DNA of 64,000 nucleotides from an uncultured cyanobacterium (GTDB taxonomy: Bacteria > Cyanobacteriota > Cyanobacteriia > Cyanobacteriales > Nostocaceae). The DNA is taken from the NCBI GenBank assembly GCA_963706595.1, contig OY970166.1, positions 1,728,001-1,792,000 on the forward strand, in the 5' to 3' direction. The stretch's first letter is position 1. Every line of letters starts with the position of its first letter. This document shows positions 18,436-29,700 of this stretch, piece after piece. Position numbers and translations under genes: made by a program. Under the pieces are notes generated by a model. That model ran no database searches. It was not told the DNA's origin and saw only the letters and a program-made list of their open reading frames with translations.

Positions 18436-21435
18436 ATGACTTATATTGCAAGTTCCTTTCAAGAATTTATTTCAAAGCTAGAGGGGTTTGAACATCTACC
18501 CACTCAAGAGATAACTCATCTCTGCCAACAACTACAAGCTTGGCGCTATCGTATAGGACAAAAAATAATTGGGAAAGCTCAACTCCCAGAACAAATTACA
18601 ATTCTTTACGAAGGAAAAGTTCGTTTGTTGGGATATCATCCCCAAACGCAAACACCTACGACATTAAAATTATTACAGCCAGGCGAAATCATCGGTGAGA
18701 TTAGTATATTACGTGAGGTTGCCTGTGAAACCGCGATCGCATCCACCGAAGTTATCTGTCTCAGCTTAAGTAAAAGCGAATATTTACGCCTGCTGACTTC
18801 CTACCCAGACTTTAGCAACACACGCTTAAACCGCAGTCATTTAATCGAAATATTTGATGTTCTCGGTTCACAAGTAGAAAAGCAAGCCAACGCAGTTCCC
18901 AACCTCACAGAACTTGCAGAACAAGCCTTATCCAGAGCCAAAATACATTACCTGAATCCCGGAATCACCTCAGCGAACCAATTAGATAACGAAAATATCT
19001 GGTTTGTTAGTGGTGGTAGTCCAGTCACAAATTTCTCTCCTGGTTCCCGCTTAGAATTCAGTGACACACTTCAAATTAAAGGCACAAATCAGGCGCGTTT
19101 GATTGGTTTATCTCCAGCCGACTTATCATTTTTAGATAGTCATCAGACGCAGACTTCTCCACTCAATATTATCCCAGCAACTATCATTGATGACCTAGAA
19201 ATTCCCTACGCCTATGACCAAGAAAATCCCCAGTCTGAACCACCTCCACAGAAAAATCATCAAAAACATCAAAATTATCCATTTGTTAGCGGTAAAGGCG
19301 AAATAAATAGCATCTTCGCCTGTTTTCAAATGCTCTCGAAACACCTAAAAATACCCTTTCGCAAGGAAGTAATTCGGCGCATTTTAACAGAACAAATCAA
19401 ACGCCAAGGTAATATTTCTTTCCCCGCTTGTGCTTACATAGCCGAGTTAATGGGACTCAAATCCCAGTTAGTAGATTTACCTGTAGCGGCAATTACGCGC
19501 ATTCCTGCACCAGCGCTCATTTATTATGGTGATAGTTACGCTGTTTTATATGAAACCGGAGCTAATACTATTGTTGCAGGTGTACCATCCCAAGGAATTG
19601 TCCGTTGCAAACCTGCGGAATTTATCGCCCAATTAGATATTGATGAAAGCAATTTACCTCCCCAGGTAAAAGTTTTATTACTGTCTGCTACGAAAGAAAC
19701 ACCTCAAGAACGCTTTGGTATTCAATGGTTTATTCCTTATCTGTCAAAGCATCGGCGAGTTCTCATAGAAGTCTTTATTGCTTCGTTCTTTGTCCAGTTA
19801 GCCCAGTTAGCTAATCCCCTCGTAATTCAGCTAATTATCGACAAAGTTATCGTTCAAAATAGCATTAGTACCCTAAATGTTTTAGGAGTTTTGCTCTTAG
19901 TAGTCGGGATATTTGAAGCCTTACTCACCACATTAAGAACTTACTTATTTGTGGATACCACCAACCGCATTGATATGGGTTTGGGGTCAGAAATCATCGA
20001 CCACTTACTACGTCTACCACTGCGCTATTTTGAACGCCGACCTGTAGGTGAACTGGCGACTCGCGTCAACGAATTAGAAAATATTCGGCAATTTCTCACT
20101 GGTACAGCTTTAACAGTCGTATTAGATGCCGTATTTTCGGTAATTTATATTGTCGTCATGCTGTTTTACAGTTGGCAATTAACTTTAGTAGGTTTAGGAA
20201 CAATACCTATATTTATTATTCTGACATTAATTGCTTCTCCCACAATTAGCAAACAATTACGCACCAAAGCTGAACGCAACGCCCATACTCAATCATATTT
20301 AGTTGAGGTAATGTCAGGTATTCAAACAGTAAAAGCGCAAAATATTGAATTACAATCGCGTTTTTCCTGGCAAGAGCGTTATGCACGGTATGTAGCGGCT
20401 GGTTTTAAAACCGTAATCACTTCCACCCTGGCTAATTCTACCAGTAGTTTTCTCAATAAACTCAGTGCATTGTTAGTTTTGTGGTTAGGTTCTTATTTAG
20501 TTTTGCAAGGAGAATTAACTCTCGGTGAATTAATCGCTTTTAGAATTATCTCAGGTTACGTTACTAGCCCCATATTGCGTTTAGCTCAACTTTGGCAAAG
20601 TTTCCAAGAAACTGCTTTGTCGCTGGAGCGTTTAAGTGATATTGTTGACACACCACAAGAAGGTGAAGAAGACAGAGGAAATATTCCTTTACCAGCCATT
20701 TCAGGAAGTGTGAAATTTGAAAATGTTTCCTTCCGATTTGCAACTAGCGGTCCTTTACAACTTTCTAACGTTAATCTGGAAATTGCATCGGGTAAATTTA
20801 TTGGCATTGTCGGACAAAGTGGTTCAGGTAAAAGTACATTAATGAAATTACTGCTGAGACTGTACGAAGTCGAATCGGGCAGAATTTTAATTGATGGTTA
20901 CGATATTTCCAAAGTGGAACTTTATTCCCTGCGGCGACAGGTGGGTGTAGTTCCCCAAGAAACACTATTGTTTGATGGAACTGTTCAGGAAAATATAGCT
21001 TTAACGAATCCCGATTCGACAACTGATGAAATTATTGAAGCGGCTCGTATTGCTGCGGCTCATGATTTTATTATGTCCTTACCCAACGGTTACAATACAC
21101 GGGTAGGAGAACGGGGTGCTGGACTTTCAGGAGGACAAAGACAGAGAATTGCGATCGCTCGTTCTATTTTACAACGACCAAAATTATTAGTTTTAGACGA
21201 AGCCACAAGCGCTCTAGACTATCCCACAGAACGACAAGTTTGTTTAAACTTAGCTAAAGCCTTTCAAGGTAACACAGTCTTTTTTATTACCCACCGCCTC
21301 ACCACTGTTAGCCATGCAGATATGATTGTCGTCATGGATAATGGCAGAGTTATAGAACAAGGAAACCATCAAGAATTAATGGCTGCTAAAGGTCATTATT
21401 TCTATCTTTATCAGCAACAAGAAGTCAATGTTTAA
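18436..21435 (+). CDS. Type I secretion ABC transporter (HlyB-like; cNMP domain + C39-like domain + TMD + NBD)
   Basis: cNMP-like N-terminus, GQSGSGKST, LSGGQRQRIAIAR. The C39 catalytic motif looks degenerate (NSIFACFQML; GDSYAVL). Confidence 0.93.
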   Translation: MTYIASSFQEFISKLEGFEHLPTQEITHLCQQLQAWRYRIGQKIIGKAQLPEQITILYEGKVRLLGYHPQTQTPTTLKLLQPGEIIGEISILREVACETAIASTEVICLSLSKSEYLRLLTSYPDFSNTRLNRSHLIEIFDVLGSQVEKQANAVPNLTELAEQALSRAKIHYLNPGITSANQLDNENIWFVSGGSPVTNFSPGSRLEFSDTLQIKGTNQARLIGLSPADLSFLDSHQTQTSPLNIIPATIIDDLEIPYAYDQENPQSEPPPQKNHQKHQNYPFVSGKGEINSIFACFQMLSKHLKIPFRKEVIRRILTEQIKRQGNISFPACAYIAELMGLKSQLVDLPVAAITRIPAPALIYYGDSYAVLYETGANTIVAGVPSQGIVRCKPAEFIAQLDIDESNLPPQVKVLLLSATKETPQERFGIQWFIPYLSKHRRVLIEVFIASFFVQLAQLANPLVIQLIIDKVIVQNSISTLNVLGVLLLVVGIFEALLTTLRTYLFVDTTNRIDMGLGSEIIDHLLRLPLRYFERRPVGELATRVNELENIRQFLTGTALTVVLDAVFSVIYIVVMLFYSWQLTLVGLGTIPIFIILTLIASPTISKQLRTKAERNAHTQSYLVEVMSGIQTVKAQNIELQSRFSWQERYARYVAAGFKTVITSTLANSTSSFLNKLSALLVLWLGSYLVLQGELTLGELIAFRIISGYVTSPILRLAQLWQSFQETALSLERLSDIVDTPQEGEEDRGNIPLPAISGSVKFENVSFRFATSGPLQLSNVNLEIASGKFIGIVGQSGSGKSTLMKLLLRLYEVESGRILIDGYDISKVELYSLRRQVGVVPQETLLFDGTVQENIALTNPDSTTDEIIEAARIAAAHDFIMSLPNGYNTRVGERGAGLSGGQRQRIAIARSILQRPKLLVLDEATSALDYPTERQVCLNLAKAFQGNTVFFITHRLTTVSHADMIVVMDNGRVIEQGNHQELMAAKGHYFYLYQQQEVNV

Positions 21436-21512
21436 CTGAGTAGAGACGCGATTCATCGCGTCTTTTACAAAATCAATTTCTAATAAATTTTTCACCACAA
21501 AACTAAATCATC

Positions 21513-23075
21513 ATGATTCAAATTAATGGGAATGGCAACGGTAAAGTAAAAAGTGATGTTAAAGATTCGCGGGTACTCACATCTTTAAACAAGGCTTCTC
21601 ATCAGCCTTTAGCAAATGCCAATTATACTAATTTTGACCAATCAGTTGTGTTACGCCAATCTCCAATTTGGTCACGCACAATTATGATGACTTTAATCGG
21701 ACTAGCTTGTTTTGGCATTACTTGGGCTTATTTCGCCAAAATCGAGCAAGTAGTACCTGCTACAGGTCAACTCAAGCCGGAAGGGACAGTCAAAGAAGTT
21801 CAAGCCCCTGTGAGTGGAGTAGTAAAATCGGTTCATGTAAAAGATGGAGAAAAAGTCAACCCAGGAGATTTGCTGCTAACTTTTGAAACTGTTGCTACAG
21901 TTGCTGAATTAGATGCTTTAAAAAAGATTCGCACGGCGTTAACCGAAGAAAATCAAATTTATCGTCAGTTAATGGCAACTAGTTATACTACAGCATCTGA
22001 AGTGGAATTTTCACGTGGTAAATTACCAGTAGATGCCGAGTTTCTTTTGAAAAGTAGGACAGCTTTAGTTAAAGAAAATGAATTGTTACGTGCTGAATTA
22101 AGCAACTTAAATACAGCTACAGGTTTAGGAGTTGATGAACAACAACGCTTACAATTTGCTCAAAGAGAATTTGATTCTCGCTCTGCTGCAAGACAGTTAG
22201 AAGTAGAGAAAACTAAGAAAGAACTTGCTCAAATAGAAGTGAGAAAGAGTAATACTCAATCTAGTTTAACTATTCAGCAGAGTATTTTAGACAAAATTAA
22301 AACCCTGGCTGAGGAAGGTGGTATTTCTCAGCTTCAATATCTCAATCAACAACAACAAGTCCAAACACTCACAGCCGAAATAGCGCAATTAGATCAGGAA
22401 CAGCAAAGGCTACAGTTTGGAATTGAGCAAGGACAGCAGGAACTGCAAAATACTGTGGCTGCTTCCGGTAAAAACGTGTTAGAAAAAATAGCTGATAATA
22501 AAAAACGTATTGCCGAAATTGATAGCCAATTCATGAGAATTGTGCTAAGTAATCAACAAACATTGGCAGATATAAATAGTAAAATTTCTCAAGCTCAGTT
22601 GAATTTTCAATATCAAGAACTGCGCGCTCCTGTAGCCGGAACAATTTTTGACTTACAAGCAAAAAGCCCGGGTTTTGTCGCCAATGCGAGTCAGGAAGTC
22701 TTGCAAATTGTACCTGATGATAAATATATTGCTGAAGTTTTTATCACCAATAAAGATATTGGTTTTGTGCGGGAAGGAATGCATACAGATGTGAGAATTG
22801 ATTCTTTTCCTTTTAGCCAGTTTGGGGATATTAAAGGAAAAGTAATTAGTATCGGTTCAGACGCATTACCACCTGATGAAACATATCAGTTTTATAGATT
22901 TCCGGCAACAATTAGTTTGGATAAACAAAATTTAGATATTCAGGGTAGAAATATCTCGTTACAATCTGGAATGTCAATTGTCGCCAATATTAAGGTACGT
23001 GAAGAACGTACAGTCATGAGTCTATTTACAGAAATGTTTACTAAACAAGTTGATAGTTTGAAAGAAGTACGTTAA
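21513..23075 (+). CDS. HlyD family type I secretion adaptor
   Basis: One TM, VPATGQLKP, coiled coil, DIGFV...VRIDSFPF. Confidence 0.93.
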   Translation: MIQINGNGNGKVKSDVKDSRVLTSLNKASHQPLANANYTNFDQSVVLRQSPIWSRTIMMTLIGLACFGITWAYFAKIEQVVPATGQLKPEGTVKEVQAPVSGVVKSVHVKDGEKVNPGDLLLTFETVATVAELDALKKIRTALTEENQIYRQLMATSYTTASEVEFSRGKLPVDAEFLLKSRTALVKENELLRAELSNLNTATGLGVDEQQRLQFAQREFDSRSAARQLEVEKTKKELAQIEVRKSNTQSSLTIQQSILDKIKTLAEEGGISQLQYLNQQQQVQTLTAEIAQLDQEQQRLQFGIEQGQQELQNTVAASGKNVLEKIADNKKRIAEIDSQFMRIVLSNQQTLADINSKISQAQLNFQYQELRAPVAGTIFDLQAKSPGFVANASQEVLQIVPDDKYIAEVFITNKDIGFVREGMHTDVRIDSFPFSQFGDIKGKVISIGSDALPPDETYQFYRFPATISLDKQNLDIQGRNISLQSGMSIVANIKVREERTVMSLFTEMFTKQVDSLKEVR

Positions 23076-23116
23076 TCAAGAGTTTGTAGTGAGGCTTTCA
23101 ACCCTCATTGAGAATA

Positions 23117-23215
23117 TATAGAGGTATCCACTTCAATGAAGTACATCATAGCCTCCTCCTCGCTTGCGGGGAGGGGGTTGGGTTCTTGTATCTCACTTAA
23201 CTGATAACCGCTATA
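23117..23215 (+). mobile_element. Miniature element 'B' (uninterrupted copy)
   Basis: TATAGAGGT...ACCGCTATA inverted ends; interrupted copies at 32943-33504 and 46567-46828. Confidence 0.75.
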
Positions 23216-23216
23216 T

Positions 23217-23409
23217 CAGGACTTACGCACTGTACAAATTAATCATGGTATGCTGTTACCAAAAATAGCCAATTTTCGGCTTGGAACAACGATTATGTTG
23301 ATAGTAAACATACCCGTGTGGTAGGGGTTTAGCAATGCTAAACCCCTACGAAATATCTGCTTTTTAGTGTTACGCATATTGGATATTTATTGTCAAGGCG
23401 TAAGTCCTA
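23217..23409 (+). mobile_element. Miniature element 'A' (TIR AGGACTTACGC) carrying a REP palindrome
   Basis: CAGGACTTACGC...GCGTAAGTCCTA ends; REP at ~23321-23349. Confidence 0.8.
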
Positions 23410-23770
23410 ATTATCACATACAGGAATACAATTTTATTTATGCCCTATTTTAGGCTTGTCAGCGCAAAGCGCAGGCTACGCCAACAAAAATTAAATATTA
23501 GTCATATATATTTCAATACCGTTCAGTTAGCGTCAAACACCTTAAAATGTGTAGGTTGGGTTGTTCGCGTTAGCGTTGCGGAGCAATGGAACGTTAACGT
23601 AGTTTACCGAAGGCGTAACCCAACATTTCCGGGGGCTAAATATATTGGTTTCTTTGGGGTGTAACAGTTGAGGGTGCGGAATGTGGGTTGTAAAGCAAGG
23701 GTGAAAACTATCATTTCTAGGCGGGTGTAGAAACCAACAGAACAGCTATTGTTTGATGAAGTTAATATCC

Positions 23771-26059
23771 TTACTTAAAAAATACCTGAAAAATTACTGA
23801 AAAAATATCATTTGTTGTTTGTAATTCTTGACCAAAAGTATCATCACCAAAATCATGAATATTTCTGCCCCAGTTAAAAGTAATACTAGAAAGATTAGAA
23901 CTACTACCCCATGAATACTTTGAGGAAATGCCATAACTATCAATACTTCTTTGGGGTGAAAAATAAGCAGTTAAGCTGGCATTTTTACCCAAGGATGCAG
24001 TTAAACTGGCTTGAATTTTATTACCAGTTGAATCTGGTAATAAGTCTAAAAGTTGACTAATCCTAAAAGATAAATTTCTCCAATTGATATTTGTACCAAC
24101 ACTTAAAAAATTATCAACGGGATTATCTAAAAAATTAGCATCATCTCGATCCCAAGCGTAACGAAATCCTGTAAATAAACTCAAGTTGCTAGTAGAACTT
24201 AATCTAAATTGTTTTGATAAACTGCCTTCGACTTTACTATAATAATCTTTATCACCATTATCATAGGCGATCGCCCCCACATTTAACAACCAATTATCCC
24301 AATTAATTGTATAATCTCCACCTACATAAACTTTCAGATCCTCGGAAAATATCGCCCCAGTATAGTAACGCAAAACACTATTGTAATTAGTAATATTACC
24401 TGTAAAACTTACATGAGGGTAATAATTAGTTTTCTCATTCAAAGTATTAATAGTCTCAAAATTCACATCTCTCTCCAAAACAGACACATAAGCTTGAATA
24501 TAAAAATTATTTAAGTCCGCAGAATTGATGCTATTAGCAATGCCATTATCATTAGTTGCTAGTGCAAAATTCACATCAGAATTAATTCCACCTTCTCCTC
24601 CCACTCTCACAGTTCTTTTTTCTTCCCCAGTGGGAACATAGCGAAATGTTTGAGGAAAAGATCGTTTTGTAACTGGAGATATTCCCAACCAGACACTATT
24701 AAATTTACCCGCAGGTATGTTTGATTTTCTATTAACTGCATCACCATTATTAGCAGTTCTTTGATTATGTACTGCTTCCCCTACACCACCTTGATAAATC
24801 ACAAAACTATTAGCAGGAACTCTAATATTATTCGCCGCATTAAATAAATTTTTGTTAATATTAGTATTGGCGTTTTCAGGTAAACCTGCTAAACTTGGTT
24901 CTACATCTGGTAAAATTTCCCCCACCGCACCTAATGCAGAATTTAAACCGAAATTCTCATCATTAACTATGAGATTTACACCTTTAATAGTTCTCCCTAA
25001 AACTGCTTTTTCTGCATTAGTTTTGACAATTTGGCGCACTCGGTAATAACCCAAGCTATAGGTATTATCAATAGATTCCTGACGAGTAATAGAAGTTTGA
25101 TTAGATTGACTATTTCCTGGAGTAGCACCAATATTAGGTAAATATAAATCTATTCCTACGAATTCACCATTTACACCTTGATTTTGCCAACCTGGTAATT
25201 TAATAATTGCCAAAGTTTCGGGAGAAACCACATCACCAATATTACCTAATTGTTCAATCCGAGTCGGAACCAAAAATCTTGGTTCAATACTATTTCTATT
25301 CACCACTAAAGGAGGTAATAAATTACATTGTTCTCCAGAAATGGCAGCATTATTATTAACTAAATCACAGGGTCCAATAAAAGTTTGTTGTAATTCAAAA
25401 CCTCTTAATGTTTGTGGTTGGGATTGAATAATGGAAACTTGGCGATTTTCATTAATTGTTCGCAGTTGAATATAATCTGCTTGAAAATCAGAGGTAAAAA
25501 TATTATCCTGGGAAAGACTTTGAATAACTTGACTGTCAACTTGATAAAGAGCATTAATATATAAATTATCAGTACGTTCATTACCAAATACGAACTGACT
25601 ATTTACCACAGCTTTAGTTAAATGATTAACCGTCAAATCATTCAGAGAAAAAGTAGTTAAAATTGCTGGTACTTTATCTTTAGGAACTGCTTGAGGTGGA
25701 GTTTTATAAATGTTATCCCCAGGATTAGAATCATCTGATGGAATTTCTATAGGTTGTGGAATTTCTAAACTTTCTTGGTTGGGATTATTTAGAGGTAATA
25801 AATCTGATGCTTGATGAGAAAAACTTGGCTGATTCTCTTCGATATTTTCAGGAATACTCTTGATTTGAGGAAGATTATTTTTAACATCCTCTAATATTTG
25901 CAGTTTATTTAAGTTAGTGTCGGGTATGATTTCCGAAATGGATTCAGCTATTGGTTGATTTTCTTCTGCTTTTACTGGAGTCTGTTGAGTAACCAATATC
26001 TGGGATAAGCTGATGAAAATTTTCAGAAAAATTTTAATAAGACTTGCCGATTTTTTCAC
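23771..26059 (-). CDS. Hypothetical exported protein with probable C-terminal outer-membrane beta-barrel
   Basis: Signal-like N-terminus (..PVKA|EE). The last ~220 aa show alternating amphipathic strands ending IFSVIFQVFFK. Strongly AT-rich. Confidence 0.7.
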   Translation of the reverse strand: MKKSASLIKIFLKIFISLSQILVTQQTPVKAEENQPIAESISEIIPDTNLNKLQILEDVKNNLPQIKSIPENIEENQPSFSHQASDLLPLNNPNQESLEIPQPIEIPSDDSNPGDNIYKTPPQAVPKDKVPAILTTFSLNDLTVNHLTKAVVNSQFVFGNERTDNLYINALYQVDSQVIQSLSQDNIFTSDFQADYIQLRTINENRQVSIIQSQPQTLRGFELQQTFIGPCDLVNNNAAISGEQCNLLPPLVVNRNSIEPRFLVPTRIEQLGNIGDVVSPETLAIIKLPGWQNQGVNGEFVGIDLYLPNIGATPGNSQSNQTSITRQESIDNTYSLGYYRVRQIVKTNAEKAVLGRTIKGVNLIVNDENFGLNSALGAVGEILPDVEPSLAGLPENANTNINKNLFNAANNIRVPANSFVIYQGGVGEAVHNQRTANNGDAVNRKSNIPAGKFNSVWLGISPVTKRSFPQTFRYVPTGEEKRTVRVGGEGGINSDVNFALATNDNGIANSINSADLNNFYIQAYVSVLERDVNFETINTLNEKTNYYPHVSFTGNITNYNSVLRYYTGAIFSEDLKVYVGGDYTINWDNWLLNVGAIAYDNGDKDYYSKVEGSLSKQFRLSSTSNLSLFTGFRYAWDRDDANFLDNPVDNFLSVGTNINWRNLSFRISQLLDLLPDSTGNKIQASLTASLGKNASLTAYFSPQRSIDSYGISSKYSWGSSSNLSSITFNWGRNIHDFGDDTFGQELQTTNDIFSVIFQVFFK

Positions 26060-26117
26060 AATTATTAAATAGGATTAATGTTGAAGATTTAAAAAAAACT
26101 TTGTGAATACAGGAAAA

Positions 26118-26143
26118 ATAACCTTTCTCAAAGAAAGGTTATT
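26118..26143. terminator. Perfect 12-bp hairpin between the small secreted gene and the barrel gene
   Basis: AATAACCTTTCT-CAA-AGAAAGGTTATT, followed by T-run on the minus strand. Confidence 0.75.
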
Positions 26144-26200
26144 ACTTAGAAGATATTTCGATTAGTTAATAACTTACTGAAGTATTAACATTTATGGTAT

Positions 26201-26593
26201 CTAAGGTGTGTTAATAATGGCTACTGTTCCACCTGTGACATCAATATTGACATCGTTGGCATCCAATTGGTTAGCTTGTATTGCGCCTAAACTAAGAGCA
26301 TCTTCAACAGCAATGGACTGAATATAAACGCTAGATCCAGTTAAGGTAATCTCACCACCAGTACCTCCAGCAAAAGCTTCTGTACCCGCACCACCATTAG
26401 TCACAGCACCTGCATAAGCTGTACTTTTACCAACTGCAACAGCAGCAGATGCTTCAGTTACGTTAACGCCATCTAAGATAAAAGAAGCAGAACCAGCAAC
26501 ACCACCTTCTCCAGCAAAAGCAGAGGTAGCAACACCGAAACTTCCAGCAACAACAGCAGCAGCAACTAATAATTGAGATTTGATTTTCAACAT
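26201..26593 (-). CDS. Small Sec-exported Gly/Ala/Val-rich beta-strand protein (130 aa)
   Basis: MLKIKSQLLVAAAVVAGSFGVATSAFA|GEGGVAGSASF...; AGGGAAG RBS before ATG 26593. Confidence 0.8.
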   Translation of the reverse strand: MLKIKSQLLVAAAVVAGSFGVATSAFAGEGGVAGSASFILDGVNVTEASAAVAVGKSTAYAGAVTNGGAGTEAFAGGTGGEITLTGSSVYIQSIAVEDALSLGAIQANQLDANDVNIDVTGGTVAIINTP

Positions 26594-26770
26594 GGTAATT
26601 CTTCCCTGATTTGAGTTTTGGATTTGTAAATTAATTGAGAACAAGCAGTTCTCAGTCAGGTTGTGGATATATGAAACTTGACTGAGGATGTAGGTTATTA
26701 ACCTAACGGTGGAGAACGAACCCCAATTTGAGTCATGTTTTTTAGTCGTTGAGTATGTAAATTACAGCAT

Positions 26771-29700
26771 TCATACGGACAAAGTATATGAAATCTCACC
26801 AATTGCGACATTACCAACAGTGGCTAAGGTTTCTGTTCCTGATTTAATCAGCACATTACTACCACTCTTTTCTTCAAAGGTAGTGATACTACCCAGAACT
26901 AGAACTTCGTCTATACCTATTTGATAGTCAATGATTCTATCTATTCCTTGTCCAGCGCCGATGACAAAGGTATCTATTCCGTCTCCACCAGTGTAGCGGT
27001 CGTTTCCTGTGCCACCATCAAGGTAGTCATTGCCTGAACCACCGAAGAGAATGTCTGCACCTGTACCACCGTAGAGGCTGTCATTGCCATCATCACCGTA
27101 GAGGCGGTCATTGCCATCATCACCATAGATGGTGTCGTTATCATTACCACCGTAGCCAATGTCTGCACCTGTACCTAAGAAAATGGTGTCATTGCCATTG
27201 AAACCGTAGATGCGATCATTGCCATCTAAAGCATCCATGATGTCATCAGCAGCTGTACCTCTGCCAATCTCACTACCAGAGGTAAATTCTTGGATATCTG
27301 TGACACTCAAGCTGTAAGCAGTAGTGGCATCTGGTGTTGCACCTACTGTGGTGTCATCTACATCAACGTTGACATTGTAACTGGTCTGGGTTTCAAAATC
27401 CAATGTGGTGCCGGCTTTGAGATATAAGGCATGACTGATAATTTCAAAGAAGCTGGCATCAGCGCCACTCAAGCTGAGGTTATTTGTTCCCAGTTCATCA
27501 TCAGTGATAGCAATATCTGCCACCTTAACGGCGCTGGTGGTGTCAGTATTTTCAAGCAAGCTGGTAATAGTGTTGCTGAGAGTGACGGTTGTAGGCGGGT
27601 TGTTGACAATACTTAAAGTCGTTGTCGCCAATGCACTGATATTGGAACTGGCAGCACCATCATCAACTACAAACTCAATTGTCCGGTCAGTGGTATCAAC
27701 AGAAGCCGCCGTATTGTTGTAAGTGATGGTACGGAGGACTTGCTGATATTCGGCAACAGTACCTATGCCACTTAAAGTCAGAACCCCATTGTCGTAACTA
27801 GAGGTAATGCTGCCTGTGGTAGTGGCAGTGAGAGTTTCATCACCATCATTCAAAAGGTTGGTAATAGTAACAGTTGCCCCCACGAGGTTGGCTGAGTTAC
27901 GGTCTACTAGGCTCAAATTGGTATCAACAACTACAACAGGAGTGCCACTAAAAGAGGTATTGAAATCAATGTCGGACAATTGAGAAAGTTCGAGAACCCC
28001 ACTAGAGCCGATACCAGCCCGACCAAACACCACGTAGCTCTGCCCTGAATTACTGCCGTTGGGGTCGGCACCCCTTGCCCCAATAATCAGGTCATCAATG
28101 CCGTCGCCGTTGATGTCCCCGGCGCTGCTGACAGAACTGCCTGAGTAGTCAATCGCATTAATGCCGTTAATAGCGAAGCCGTTGCTGCCGTCGAGGCTGG
28201 AGAGGTTGAGGGTGGAACCCAAGCCACTGCTGCTGCCAAACACCACGTAGCTCTGCCCTGAACGATTATTGCCGTTGGGGGAGGCAAAGTATGCCCCAAT
28301 AATCAGGTCATCAATGCCGTCGCCGTTGATGTCGCCCGCGCTGCTGACTGAATCGCCTGAGAAGTCATCTGCTGCAATGCCGTTAATAGCGAAGCCGTTG
28401 CTGCCGTCGAGGCTGGAGAGGTTGAGGGTGGAACCCAAGCCACTGCTGCTGCCAAACACCACGTAGCTCTGCCCTGAACGATTATTGCCGTTGGGGGAGG
28501 CACGGTTTGCCCCAATAATCAGGTCATCAATGCCGTCGCCGTTGATGTCCCCGGCGCTGCTGACAGACCTGCCTGAGCTGTCAAATTCTGCAATGCCGTT
28601 AATAGCGAAGCCGTTGCTGCCGTCGAGGCTGGAGAGGTTGAGGGTGGAACCCAAGCCACTGCTGCTACCAAACACCACGTAGCTCTGCCCTGAAAAATTG
28701 CCGTTGGGGTCGGCACTGCTTGCCCCAATAATCAGGTCATCAATGCCGTCGCCGTTGATGTCCCCCGCGCTGCTGACAGACCTGCCTGAGCTGTCAAAGG
28801 CATTAATGCCGTTAATAGCGAAGCCGTTGCTGCCGTCGAGGCTGGAGAGGTTGAGGGTGGAACTGAAGCTACTGCTGCTGCCAAACACCACGTAGCTCTG
28901 CCCTGAACTACTGCCGTTGGGGTCGGCACTGCTTGCCCCAATCATCAGGTCATCAATGCCGTCGCCGTTGATGTCCCCCGCGCTGCTGACAGACCTGCCT
29001 GAGAAGTCAAAGGCATTAATGCCGTTAATAGCGAAGCCGTTGCTGCCGTCGAGGCTGGAGAGGTTGAGGGTGGAACTGAAGCCACTGCTGCTGCCAAACA
29101 CCACGTAGCTCTGCCCTGAACTACTGCCGTTCGGGGAGGCACTGCTTGCCCCAATCATCAGGTCATCAATGCCGTCGCCGTTGATGTCCCCGGCGCTGCT
29201 GACTGAAAGTCCTGATCTGTCACTCGCATTAATGCCGTTAATAGCGAAGCCGTTGCTGCCGTCGAGGCTGGAGAGGTTGAGGGTGGAACCCAAGCCACTG
29301 CTGCTGCCAAACACCACGTAGCTCTGCCCTGAATAATCATTGCCGTTGGGGTCGGCACCGAATGCCCCAATCATCAGGTCATCAATGCCGTCGCCGTTGA
29401 TGTCCCCGGCGCTGCTGACTGAATAGCCTGAGCTATCACCCGCATTAATGCCGTTAATAGCGAAGCCGTTGCTGCCGTCGAGGTCGAGGACAGGAGCGGC
29501 GTTGCCAAACACCACGTAGCTCTGCCCTGAATTACTGCCGTTGGGGTCGGCACGGTTTGCCCCAATAATCAGGTCATCAATGCCGTCGCCGTTGATGTCC
29601 CCCGCGCTGCTGACTGAATTGCCTGAAAAGTCACCTGCATTAATGCCGTTAATAGCGAAGCCGTTGCTGCCGTCGAGGGTGGAGAGGTTGAGGGTGGAAC

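Noticed and set aside
26201..26593. Double-glycine bacteriocin precursor for the HlyB/C39 transporter
   Set aside because: Has a Sec-type AxA signal peptide, and the transporter's C39 catalytic residues look degenerate
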